Source: Camelus dromedarius
Lineage: Eukaryota
Direction: 5' to 3'
DNA length: 64,000 bases
Assembly: GCF_036321535.1 (NCBI RefSeq)
Contig: NC_087436.1
Span: 121,150,001 to 121,214,000, forward strand
In this document: positions 1 to 11,900 of the stretch, in pieces
Numbering within the stretch: position 1 is the stretch's first letter
How the letters are laid out: the number at the start of each line of letters is the position of its first letter
Notes under the pieces: model-generated
The model's database searches: none
Told to the model about the DNA's origin: nothing
The model's input: the letters and a program-made list of their open reading frames with translations, nothing else
Translations under genes and position numbers: made by a program

Positions 1-767
1 CCTTCCGTGAAGTCCCAGCCATCAGCCTCGGTCAAGGAGACCAGTGTTCACAGCCAGGAAGGCCCCACAGAGCACAGGACAGCAGAGCACCCAGCTCCAG
101 CCCTCCCTGCTTCACACGGGGTGGGGGTGCTCATCACAGGGAGCGCAGCGGGCCTGGGCCTGGGCGGTGGGGCTCAGGCTGGAGTGGGCAGCCCAGCCCC
201 CCAGGGCAACCCCCTTCCCCGAGGTACCAGCAGTGCCCTGCTCTTTCTTTTGCAGCCAGGCTGGTGGGTCTCTCTGGGGGGGTGACAGTAGGACTGAGCA
301 CCCACCGAGCACCTACACACATTATCTAGAGGCCTCGGTGCCCAGGCAAGTGGGGCTGTTGGCCCATCTGTGGAAGAAGAAACTGAGGCTCAGACAGGAG
401 TAGTGACTTGTGGGGGCCACCCAGCCAGTAGGCAGGGTGCCAGCTCAGCCCCCCTACACCTGTCTCTCCCCTCACTGCAGAGCCCAGCCAGACCCCCATC
501 CTCAGCATCCACAGGGACTAGGGCTCCCCTCCCCAAAAGGGTGGTGAACAAGGGTGAAATGGGTGTGGCAGGGTGGGGCATTGCCCCCCAGGATGTGCCA
601 GAGGACGGAGGTGGGGTCCCTGGAGCTCCACCGCCCACCTGGGGGAGCCTGGGGGGTTGGGGGCGCTCCAGGCTCAGAGCCAGGCCCCTCACTGGCCCAG
701 AAAGTGGAGTGTCCACCCTCACCTGGACACAGGGAGTCCAAGGGACCACAGAGGACCTCCCTGAAAA

Positions 768-1076
768 CGCCACACATGTGCACGCACACATCACCCAGAC
801 CACACACATGCACAGGCATGCAAGCATACGTCACAACACACGTGCAACACACACATGCACACGGTACATGCACACAACACGCACAGGCGCGTGCACACAC
901 GCAAATGCGCACACACAACACACGCCACATGCACACGCATGCCCACAAGCACGCACACACAGTGCATGCCACACCCGTGTGCACCCACCTCGCACACAAT
1001 ACACAAACATGCAGATGAACGCACACATCACAGACTGCCACACAGCACACAAACGTGCGCACATGCGCACACATGC
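768..1076. repeat. Degenerate (CA)n-rich low-complexity tract just downstream of the DOK7 poly(A) site
   Basis: Interrupted cacaca/cacatg/cacgca repeats. Confidence 0.85.
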
Positions 1077-1309
1077 CCTGGGCCCCGGGGGCTGCCCGAG
1101 GCTGCCCTCCTTGTTCGCGCCTCCTCCGGCGTGTCCAGGCCTGCGGCCAGTCAGACAGGTGAGGCCTCCCGCTGCTCTCTGTGGCCCTCAGGTCAAGGGA
1201 GGCCAGGCCCCTGGATTCCAGAGACAGTTAAAGGCCCCGCGGGGAGAGCCAGGGCGGGAGGTGGAGAGAGCTGGCCACGGAAAAGGACAAGGCGGTAAGA
1301 AAAAACAAT

Positions 1310-1315
1310 TTTATT
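1310..1315 (-). terminator. DOK7: DOK7 polyadenylation signal AATAAA (3'UTR about 0.9 kb)
   Basis: tttatt on the + strand, inside an AT-rich island; a U-rich element follows on the minus strand. Confidence 0.8.
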
Positions 1316-2211
1316 TCCAGTCTAAGAATGTATTACAAACTGTGTCAGGTTTTAAAAATGTGAAAAAGCAACAAGCGTCTTCAGCCAACAGTGAAGGTAC
1401 AAAGCGGAACACGGACGGGCGAGCTGTGCGGGGCGAAGCCGGCCGAGCCCAGGTCGGAGGGACACAGGCCGCGCCCTCCCCGGGGCGCCTGGGATGGCAG
1501 AGCCAGCGCAAACCACGCAGCCGCAATCCATGCAGGTGAGCAGGCCGACTGCGGGGGGCGCGGGGGAGCACGTCGCCCGGGGGTGACCCGCGGGCAGGGC
1601 CTAGGGCCCAAGAGCGCGAATGGACGCCCCGAGCCCTGGCATCCTCTGGTCCTGACCGCTGGCCCTCAGCCCAGCCAGGCGGCCGGCAGTTTCCCACAAG
1701 CTCCTGGCGGGCTGACCCAGACCCTGCCGGCCCCTCACCCCGGGAGCACTCAGGTTCAGGAAGAGGCGTGGGTGAGCTATGGGGGTCCCGGAGTTCTGAG
1801 ACCCAGACCCCACAAGTCCCCAGGCCTCCCGAGCCTCAGTTTCCTCCCCAAAGGGCGGGCCACCTGCGGTGCTGCTTCCGGAAGGAGGCACGGGGCAAGC
1901 AGGTGAAACTCGTCACACACACAACGGACGCGCAGGGAGGTTAGCCTCGGGTTCCTGCTCGGCTCGGGCATCTGTTCCTCGGGCCCTGGGGCTCTGCTGT
2001 CCCCAGCCTGCCCTGCCGGAGCCTCCGCCTTCCAGAACGCACTTGCAGCTGGGTCCCAGCAGGACCTCCTCAAGTCCCACGGCCCTCTCTGCAGGCTTGG
2101 CTCCCAGGCCCCCAGGCCCGCCCCACAGAGCACAGCCCCCGGCTGACCCAACAGCACGAAGGGCAGCCCTGCCAGGGCCCCACCCCACCCTGCAGCACAG
2201 CCGGGCTGCCC

Positions 2212-2951
2212 TCAGGGAGGGGGCTTTACCTTCAGTCCTCCACAGACTGGACACGTGGAAAAGAAAGACAGAGGGGGCCCGGTGTGGGGGCCGCCCGTTT
2301 CCCAGGGCTCGCTGGGGGCCGGGCTGGGCAGTGTGGCCTCGCTGCCCGGTGCATCTGTCGCCTGTCCCCGCCGTCTCGCGCCCAGCCAGCTGGAGGGACA
2401 CCCTGCTGACATCTGGCCGCCCGAGTCCCCAGCGGTACCGTCGTCAGGGCCGCCCTGCGAGGCTGGGGTCTGGTCCCTGGGGGCCTGGCGCAGGCTGCGG
2501 GGCGTGTCATAGTGGGGCCGCAGGGCGGTGGGCACCTGGTACTCGGCCGTCCCCGGCGGGCAGGCGCACAGGCTGGGCTCGGCTGCCCCGGCCGCTGGCA
2601 GGCTGAGCAGGGAGCCGAACTCGTCGGCGGCGCGCCACACGTCCAGGCTGCTGCCTGCGCAGGAGGAGAAGCTGCCCGAGTAGGAGGAGTGACTGCCCGT
2701 GGCGATGCCACTGTCTGAGGAGCTCTGGCGGCCGACCTCCTGCAGCTGCCGCGGCCGCAGCGGCTTGAGGGGCGGCCTCGAGGTGCCCAGTGCAGCCTCC
2801 CCGGGGGCCTGGGCAGCCGCCAACCCCGGCCCCTCTTGCGACGTGCTGGCCGAGGACGAGGATGGCTCTGGCCACGCTGCGAGCCGGCTGCTGGCGCTGA
2901 CATCCGAGTGGCTGGCCTCCGACGACGAGCCGGACAGGCTGCGGTCATCCC
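2212..2951 (-). CDS. DOK7: DOK7 exon 7, coding part (C-terminal region with YQVP and YDTP Crk SH2-binding motifs)
   Basis: Acceptor CTGCAG|GG; TGA at 2214-2212; 740 nt. Confidence 0.95.
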
Positions 2952-5900
2952 CTGCAGGACAGTCAGAGGGCCGGGGCTGAGGCTGCTGCGGGGCCCGGGT
3001 GGGACGGGGCAGCTTGGAAGCCTCAGCTGGGCTGACACCCCCCAACACCCACCACCTGTGCTGGCTCACCCACCCCTCCCTGGACTCCACACCCAGTGTC
3101 ACCCAGGACGGCCCCCCCACTCCACGCCTATTCCTCAACCACACCAGCCCTCTCCAGCTCTCTCTGGAGTCCACGTGCCTCCCCGCCGTCTACCTTGGAA
3201 CAAGATGTGAGCCTCTCCTCCAAGAAGGAGGTGGCTCCGTGCACATCTGAGTGCCCTGCTCCAGGGGGCAGGCCTAGACTGGAGTGCCGCTGTCCCCACT
3301 GTGCACTCGTGGGGCTGGCAGCAACCACAGAGGACAGAAGGCCGGCAGAGCTCCCCTACTCTGCCCAGGAGACCTAGGGCAGCACCCCTCCCGCCAGTGG
3401 CTGGCTCCCCTCACGAGAGCTGCAGCAGCTGAGGGCCCTCTGCGCCCAGCACCCAGCACCCGAGGCGGTGCAGATGGTGCAGTCACGGCCTCACCAGGCT
3501 GCATCACCGGTGGTTGGGAAAGAATTCAAACCCAACCCGCCAGCACTGGCCCCAGGGCCACTGCCCCTTCCGCACAGCCCAGGCCATGGCCCACCTCCGC
3601 TGCCCGGCCGGCCGGAGTGGGAGAGCAGGCTGAGCCGCTTCTCCAGCTGCAGGGTTTCCAGGGCCTCCTGAGCAACTCGCTCCTCCACGGTGGCGGGTCC
3701 CCCGGGGCTCAGGTCTGCGGCAGCAGAGCAGAAAGTCAGCAGAGGAGGCAGCCCCAGCCCGCTCCCCGCAGGATCCTGGCCACAGCCCACATGCTGCTCA
3801 GGACGTCACGGTGACCCCAGCACTGTCCGGGCAGCGTGGACCCTGGTCCAGCCCTGACGCCAGGACAGAGCCACAGGTCCCCAGGGAGCCCCAGCTCCTC
3901 CCCACACCTGCATCCCAGCCACTGGACACCAAACTCTGGGTACCCAAACCACCCCCATCCAGAGGTCCCCCAGCCACCAGCCTGTGTCCTGAGCCTAAGG
4001 ACAGCCCCCAGACTACCAGTGATGTCCTGTGCCCGGACATGCCCTGCAGTGGGGACCAACCCTGGTGACATCCAGGGTCAGGACACCAGGCGCACCCTTC
4101 TGGCGCTGGTGAGGCAGTAAGACGCTGGCGCTGAATGGACTCACGGCTCCACCACTTTCCCTCCCTGAGCCACGCAGCCACGTCTGCAAAATGTGGGTTC
4201 AGAGACAGCGCGTCCCAGTCGTGGCGGGATCAAGAAGAGAACGCACGGGAGATGCTCAGGGCAGGGTGGACCCTGGAACTCTAACCTCTCCCCTTCCCTT
4301 CCCACCTCTTCCTGTGTGAGGTGAGTCCTGCCTCTGGGCCTTAGTGTCCACCTGGGTCTGACCAAGCAGAGGTCAGCTCGAGAAGACACCCCAAAATCCC
4401 AGAGTGTTAAGGCTGCTGACCAAGTGAAGGCCACATCTCAGGAGTCTCCCCGATGATCACAGGCGTCAGTGCGACACCGGCCAGACTGAGAGAGCAGAGC
4501 CCCACCAGCCCTGTCCATGTCTTTGCTGTCCACACCCTCCCCATCCACATCGGCCCCTTAGGAGCCCCGCCACCCACACCACACCTGTGGCTGCGGTTCA
4601 GGAAGGTGCCAGCAGAGGGCGCTGCAACACCACCCAGCAGAGCCGGGGCAGAAAGGCTCTGGTCACAGGAGCCGCCTCCTTCCCACTAATCCCACCTGCC
4701 CTGGGCCTGCTTATGGGGTTGGAGGGTTGAGGTGCCAAGGCTGGGAGAGGGGGGAGCTGGCATGTCGCCTGCCCCTGTCCCAGCTGTGCTGCCCACGCAA
4801 GGAGCCTGCAGATGTGAGCTCACTGACCACCTGCTGCACGGCCGCAGGCCTTAGTCTCCCGTCTGGACAAGGGGACAAGCGCTGCCTCACTGGGCAGGGG
4901 CGGTAACAGTGGCAAAGTGCCCAGGCAGCGTGGCCCCTCCGGGCTCCAGCACCACCCCTGGCCCAGGACACTTGAAGAACGGTGCCCGGCCACAGCCCCG
5001 AGAGTGGGGGGAGAAGACCAGGCAAGCTCAGGGCAGCCCCTGCCCCCACCACCCCAACGTGCTGAGACCCCACCTCACAAGGTGGCTTCCAGCCTGAGCA
5101 CCAGCTCGGACAGAGCCCGTCTTGACCCACTTTCCCAGCGACCTCAGGTCGGGGAGACTGGGTCCCACTCGGAAGGTCTCCAGGATCCCCATCTCTGGCT
5201 TCTTGCTAATCCACCTGGCGCAGCTGCCATGTAGCTGTCCCCGCCAGCAGCCATGGCCCTCAAATGTCCCCGCACCTCAGACCCCGTGGAGGAGGAGCTG
5301 TGCCTCCAGGAGCCTGGTGGTGTGATCGCTCGATGCAGTCAGGTCAGCAATGCTCTGGGTTTCCCGGGTGCACGGGAGGCGGGGCAGGGCAGAGGGAAGG
5401 CAGCCCACCTGGCTCTCCCCACCCGGCCATGCTCCCTCACGAACCTGGGAGAACCGGCCGCAGCCCAAAGGGACCCTTGGTCGGGGAGATGCCGCGGACG
5501 ATGCAGTCGAACAGGAAGCTGATCCGCTCTCCCTCAGCCGAGGACAAGAAGAAGACTCCAGCCCCTGCAGACGGGGGACAGACCTGTGTCAGCCCAGCCG
5601 GAGCTCGGGTGGGGTGGGACCCCTGCAAGGTGGCCTTGGGGCTGCCGGCATGGGGACTGCCTGCAGAAGCTGGAGCAAGCCGGAGAGCACCCCCCCACCC
5701 CACCCCCACGCCAAGCTGGAGGGAGCGTCCCCGGAGCGCCGTGGTGAGCCTCTTCCGGCCCCAGTCAGCACACGAGCGGTCCAGGCAGCTCGGGCCAGGC
5801 GCCAGCTCTCCCAGGCCTGTGGGCACCAGCCCTGCCCGGGGCCCAGGCTGCGCAGCAGCAACCAGGTGGGAAGGGAGTCCTGTCTGCGGGTCCCAGGCCA

Positions 5901-8900
5901 TCAGCCACCTTGTGTCTCCCTGGCCAGCAGCAGGAGCTGGAATTTCTGGAGAAAGGGGCCACGGGAGGAGGCCAAGGAGGGTGTCCTGGATGCACAGGAG
6001 GGCCCCGCATTCATTTGAGGGGGTGGCTGGCGGGATGCACATTGCAGGAGGGTGGCTGCATGACTCTGCTTCCTTACCCGGGGCTGTGGTGAGAGGGGTG
6101 CTGGCACCTGCTCCACCTCACAGCCCTCCCCTCTTCCTGGTTGGGGGCTGGAGCCCACGGTGCGCAGCTATGGGGCTGAGGTCCCGCCAAGGGGCTCCCA
6201 CCCACAGAGGGAAGGCCCGGCTGAGATCCCAGCCCAGGGGCTTGGGCAGAGGGGGCACCTGGGGACTGCCGCTGCAAGGGTGCCAGGCAGAGAGAGGCCG
6301 TGGGGGCCTGGGCCGGGCCGGAGCCCCGCCAGCGTGAATGAAGTCCCGTGGCCGAGTGAATGGGGACACAGGTCACGTGGGCTGGACGCCCGGCGTGCTG
6401 TCACCGCACAAGAATCCTTCGGTGCCTCGCCCTCCGCCCTTTGCCCAAAGAAAGGCAGGAGGAGGGCGCACAGGGAGGACGGGGAAGCGCCACACTAAAA
6501 CCGTCCTGGTCACGCTCGCCGCTTTGAATTCCAGGGTCTCGGGCCAGCCCCACACGTGGCAACACGGCTGTGTTGCTGGGCGGCCACCCAGGGCCCAAAC
6601 CTGGTGACGTGCCTGCTTTAGAGATGAGGAAACTGAGACCCAGAGAGGGGCCACGTCCCGGCACCACAGAGCCTCTGACCGGGCAGCAGAGCGAGGCCCA
6701 CCCTGGCGCCGACCAAGGGGGCACCCGCTGCCCAGGAGGGCTGGGTGGGGTCCCTCTGGGGCAGGGTGCCCTGGCTGAGATCTCAAGCCCAGGACCTTGG
6801 CCGACTGGCGGCTGTGCAGGGAGGAGGCCCCATCCGGACCGCCCCACTCCCCCAGGGCCAGGCCTCTAATCCCAAGCTTACAGTCAGCTGGCAGAGGCCG
6901 CGGCACAGTCAGTCCTCAGACTATAAAAAACCACATTACGAAGGGAGTGGAGCCGGCGGCATTCCTCCAGGCGTCGTCGCGCTCCTGGGGACGCGGCCGG
7001 TGAGGCCTGGAGGGAGCGCAGCCGCCGCTCCGCTCCCCCTGGCGGCCTCGGGGCCCCACCTGAGCCCAGGGAGACTCTGCTGCGAAAGGTGGCTTTTCCT
7101 CACCTCTGACCCCTGACCGTTCAGCCGGCGACGCTTTCAGGGGACACCTCTGGGGAGAGCCTGTGACCCTTGACATCACATGTCCCAGCCACCAGGCCCA
7201 ACACCTTGAGGCAGGACCACTTCTGAGTTTTCTGTGGCCCCCAGTGTCCAAGCCCGGGCCAGACGCCCAGGAGACCCTGTGCTCAGTGTGGACGGAGGGA
7301 GGGAGACATGGCGGCAGCCAGGCCCCCGCCTGCCCCAGGGAGGCGTTCTCCGCGTTCCTTGTTTGCTTGTCTGTTTGGGGGGAGGGGAGGAAAGGTAAAG
7401 TCTGGCCCCCCGTTGCCTCATCGCACAGGTGTGGTCGCTGCCAACACAGCCCCGCCGCCCTGTTGGAGAGAGGCCCCCGAGCAGAACCGAGGCGGCCCGG
7501 CCAACAGCTGGCACCAGGGCCCCAGGCTATGCCTGAGGCCGCCCTCCAAATGCCACTGCCCGAGTGACCCCAGAGCCACAGAATCACAAGCCATGGAACT
7601 AGCATGAAGTTTTGGGGTGTCTGTTACACAGCAATAAATAACATGGGGAAATTAAGTTGCGGAGGAGGGCGTCTGAGCAGAAAGCGGCCTTCAGGCCTCC
7701 AGCCACCTTGTGTTGTGCACAGACACTGCGGGTCCCCCGGGGCACAGGCAAACCTCACCCACGTTACGAATGCAGTTGCTCTCAGGAGAAGCATCCCAGT
7801 GCGAAAGCACTGCATTCATCTCAGAGGTTCAACGACCAGGAGAAGACACCCCTCCACGCAAACGCACAACGAGCCCGGCAGACAGGGCCGCACGCGAGTC
7901 CCGCCGGGGACACGGCCTGGAAGCGGCTGCAGGGCCCTCCTGCTGAGGAGCGTCCAGAAAGCCCGGTCCAGACAGCGCCGCGCGGTCAGGGCGCCGGCGC
8001 AGCTAGCCGAGCCCGCTGGGCTGTTATCCCGCAGTTCCCTCAGAGAGTAAAGCACGCACCACTTCGACTTCCACTTCTCTCTGCCCTTATTTTGGGAGAA
8101 AGGAGCAAAATTCAACAAAATAAGTTCGTCTGAAATGACGTTTTAAATTTCACCTCGTGTTTCACACCCACTAGGACTATTACTTTCAACAACAAACAAA
8201 AACAAAACAGAACACAGCAAGTGCTGGCGAGGAGGCGGAGAAGCCGGCCCCCGGGTACCGCCGGGGGAAGTGTCTACAGTACAGTCGTGCAGAAACAGCG
8301 CGGCAGGCCCTCAAAAAATTAAACCGAGAACCACCATCTGATGCAGCAGTTCTGCTGCTGGGCTCGCAGCCGGGAGAATTCAAAGCAAGGGCTCAGAGAG
8401 ATATTGGCATCCTCGTGTTCACGGCAGCATTACTCACAATAGCTCAAATGTGCAAGCAATCCAAGTGTCCACTGACGGCTGGATAAACAAAATGTGGCCC
8501 ATCCACACAGTGGAATATAATTCAGTCTTAAAAAGGAAGGGAATTCTGACACCTGCTACAACCTGGAGGAACCTAGAGGACACGGTGCTCAGTGAAGCAA
8601 GCTGGTCACAAAAGGAGAAATGCTGTGTGATTCCACCTATACGAGGTCCCTGGAGTCATCAAAAGCAGAGACAAAAAGAAGAAGAGCGGGTGCAGGGAGA
8701 GGGAAGAGGAAGTTAGTTTAATGGGGACAGAGTTTGGGAAGATTCTGGAGACAGACGGTGGTGATGGTGGCACAGGGACAGGAATGAATGTGCTCACGGC
8801 TGCTGAACAACACACTAAACATGGTTGAAATGGTCAATGTTGTGTTACGTGCATTTTACCACAGTGAAACAAACAAAACAAAAAACCAAGCCACTCCCCT

Positions 8901-11900
8901 GGGAAGCAGGCTCCATCCTGGGCTCATTCAAGCGTGTCCCCACCCTTCCAACCCGTCCTCTCACGGACACCATGACCATCCGCGCAGGATGCAGCAGCTC
9001 AGGGCAGGCACCTACCATCCTGGCAGCTGCTGCCCGCTAAAAGCCAGATGCAGGCTCTAAGCACCAAGACAACCACCCCTGTGCATGGTGGGGGCGCCAG
9101 CACTGTCCTGAGCACAGAGCAGGGGCGTTGGCCACGTCAGCCTCAACCTCCCTGTCACCCACCAGCACCCTGCTCCTTGCGAGGTCCAGCCGAGGCCATT
9201 CCTGAGCAACCCACTCTCCTCCAGTGCTGCCCCCGCTCCACAGCTGCACTGGGCCCCTGGGCGCAGCCTGCCCAGGTGAGAGGCTCCTCAGGGCAGACCT
9301 AAGGTCTTGCTTTCTCTGTGTCTCCCCAAGGGCAGGCGGAGAGCCCCACCCGCCAGCTCTGTCCTCTGAAATGGCATCCTGAACGACCCAGCAAGGAGAG
9401 GGCCAGGCGTCCGCCCCCGGGCCCCACGTCAGGTGCACAGGGTGCAGGGATGGCAGCAAACCGCATCGGCTGCAAGCCCCCATCCCTGCTTTGGGACATG
9501 GAGCATAGGTGCGGGCTGGGGGGCAGTGGTGGAGATTCAAACCCAGGCCCTGCTCTTTCCCCGGGGTGCCTGCTGCCCCCCGGGGCCATGCCAAGGTGGG
9601 GCTCAGAGGTGCGGGTGGGAAGGACATTGCTCAGCTCGAGTCTCCACCAGCAGGAGAATTCTGCAAACCACAGCCTGCCGGCCCAGTCCATACAGGGCCA
9701 GTCTGGCCCAGCACAGGGGTCTCTTGCTGGGAGAGCAGGACTTGGGGTCCCTCTCGGGGACACTATCACCCACTGCCCAGGCACCTGGCTGCATCAGTAC
9801 CAGACACTCCTTTGCCAGAGCCCCATGGGGTGGGGGTCACTCCCAATCCACAAGACGCTGCAGAGTAGCTGGAACTGGGAGCAGCCTGGGGGCCAGTCTT
9901 CCTGGGAGGCAAGGCGAGGGCATGGCTTGAGCACTGAGGGCACCAGGATCCAGGCCACCACTTGGTCTGTGACCCTGTGCTCCCTGCATCTCATATTAGG
10001 GGCACAGGGAGCCCCACAGTGCAGGTAAGGAAACTGAGGCTCAGACAAGCTAAGAGACATGGCTGAAGTCTGGGGAATCTGTGGAGTCACACACTGAAAT
10101 CCTAGAGTAACAGGGACTTCATGTCCAAGGACTCAGTTTCTCGCATGCCAGTCTCACACGAGGCCACACTGCGTGTCCATGAGAACAGGGGGACACCAGA
10201 CCTGCCCCTCAGGCTGCTTTTCTGCTTAAGAGAACACAGACGGAAGCAAAATACCCAGTGGAGGAAGCCCAGAGGCTGCGGAGGGCTGGAGCGGGAATTA
10301 CCGCAGCTACTCCTGCCCCACCGGGCCCCGCGGCCAGTCAGGCACTGGGGCTGGCGGGCGGCACAGCAGGGCCCGGAGAGTGGGGCCAGGCCACCCAGGG
10401 CCGGATCTCAGCTCCACCGTGCTCTGATGTACAGACCAGGGCAGGTGCCAGATAGCTCTGTGCCTCAGTCTCCCCACCTGTAAAATGGGGGTGTGCACAC
10501 ACTCCACAGGGTCAGTGTGAGGACAGATGCTTGAACACAAGTGAGCACTTAAAACCCTACAACACAGGGGACCCTGCAGCGTGACTCTCGGGGTGACTAT
10601 CGCCCCTGGTCCCATCTCTCCCTGGTCCCATGAGACCTCGGCCTCCCAGATACTCAGAGAGCCCAGAATCACCCTTGTCTGCAAATATGAAAATGGGCTA
10701 CAGAAGGGTGGTGGATTCCGGGCCCAACTCCCACCCCAGAGCAGAGACTTCAGGGCAGAGGGCTGAAATGGACCACAAACCTGCCGAAAACGGGATAGGG
10801 GCCCAGACCCAAAGGGGAGGCTGGGTCTCTGCATATAAACCTGAACGGGCTCGAGACGGGGCCTCCGCACTGGCTACAACCTTGCCCTGGACGCCTCCCC
10901 ACCCCAAAGGCCAAGCACCCGAACAGGCCTCAGCCCAGGCCTGCCCTCCTGGGACTCTCCGTCCTCCCCACCCAACCGCCCTGCGCCCCTCACTCAGGCC
11001 TTGTTAACGCTCCTGAGTCCACAGGCCCCGCCCACCGCACAGCAGCTCTCACAGCCTCTCCCTCTCTCCGCCGGTCCACACGGAGCAGCCCCCGCGCCCC
11101 CCACCGTCCCATCTGCACCCTGGAGCCGAAGCTACCACCCTCAGCACAGATCTGTCAGTCCCGCTCCAGCACCCTCAGCGGCTTCCCGCTACGCTGGGCA
11201 CACAGTGCCAGCTCCTACCGGCCTTTCTGTAGCCCAGCACTGTCTCCTCCTCCCCCGGCCTCACCTCTGCCCCCCACCTCACAGGGCTCCTGCACGTGCT
11301 GTTCCTGCGTAACCTATGCCTGGAGCACTGTTTCCCTTCCCACCACCCCTTCCCACCCTTCGGCAGCTGGGCCAACTCCTATTTGCCCTGTAGAACCCCA
11401 CGCAGGCTCATCTCCAGAGGGCCTCCCCGATGCCCCTGGGCTGGGGTCTGTGGCCCTCCCTGGCTCCCCTGAAGCCCCTGCGGACTCTACATGTCTCGTG
11501 TCCATCTCACACAGGCTCAGTCTTCCCAGCCCTGCCATGTAGTCCTGGCTCCAACCCTTCTCCCAGTGCCTGGCGCAGAGGCCGCTGAACACATTCCCTT
11601 CTCCCCCAGAGTCCTGGCGTCCAAGACCAGGGCTTCAGCCAGCTCTGGTGAGACCACCCGGTATTTGGACCACAAAGCCCAAAAGAGGCACCAGAGGATT
11701 ATCAGAGCTGGACAGAAAGACGCGCGTGTTCTAAATACAGAGCAAGACAGCCTCCCCTTGGATCCTCATCCTTTACTCACCTACAAAAATCATTTTTAAA
11801 TGCTCACCGTGCCCCGAGGGGCTGAAGGGTTGGCCTGGACCCTGAGGAGGGAGGGAGGAGCAGGGAGCAGCCAGCACAGAGGACATGGGGGAGCCTCTGC

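Noticed and set aside
370..1539. 389-aa + strand ORF antisense to the DOK7 3' end
   Set aside because: It runs through the CA-rich tract (His/Thr-rich junk), starts at a non-ATG codon and has no recognisable domain
2590..2615. Site corresponding to the common human DOK7 TGCC duplication
   Set aside because: The frame is intact here and there is no duplication
2232..3038. 268-aa alternative-frame ORF over DOK7 exon 7
   Set aside because: Long off-frame ORFs are expected in very GC-rich exons; I found no start or splice route into this frame
8040..8090. Intronic peptide KWKSKWCVL resembling the DOK7 exon 1-2 junction KWKSRWLVL
   Set aside because: Similarity covers only ~9 codons, the Ser codons are of different families (TCG vs AGT) and the flanks do not match; most likely chance rather than a retrocopy
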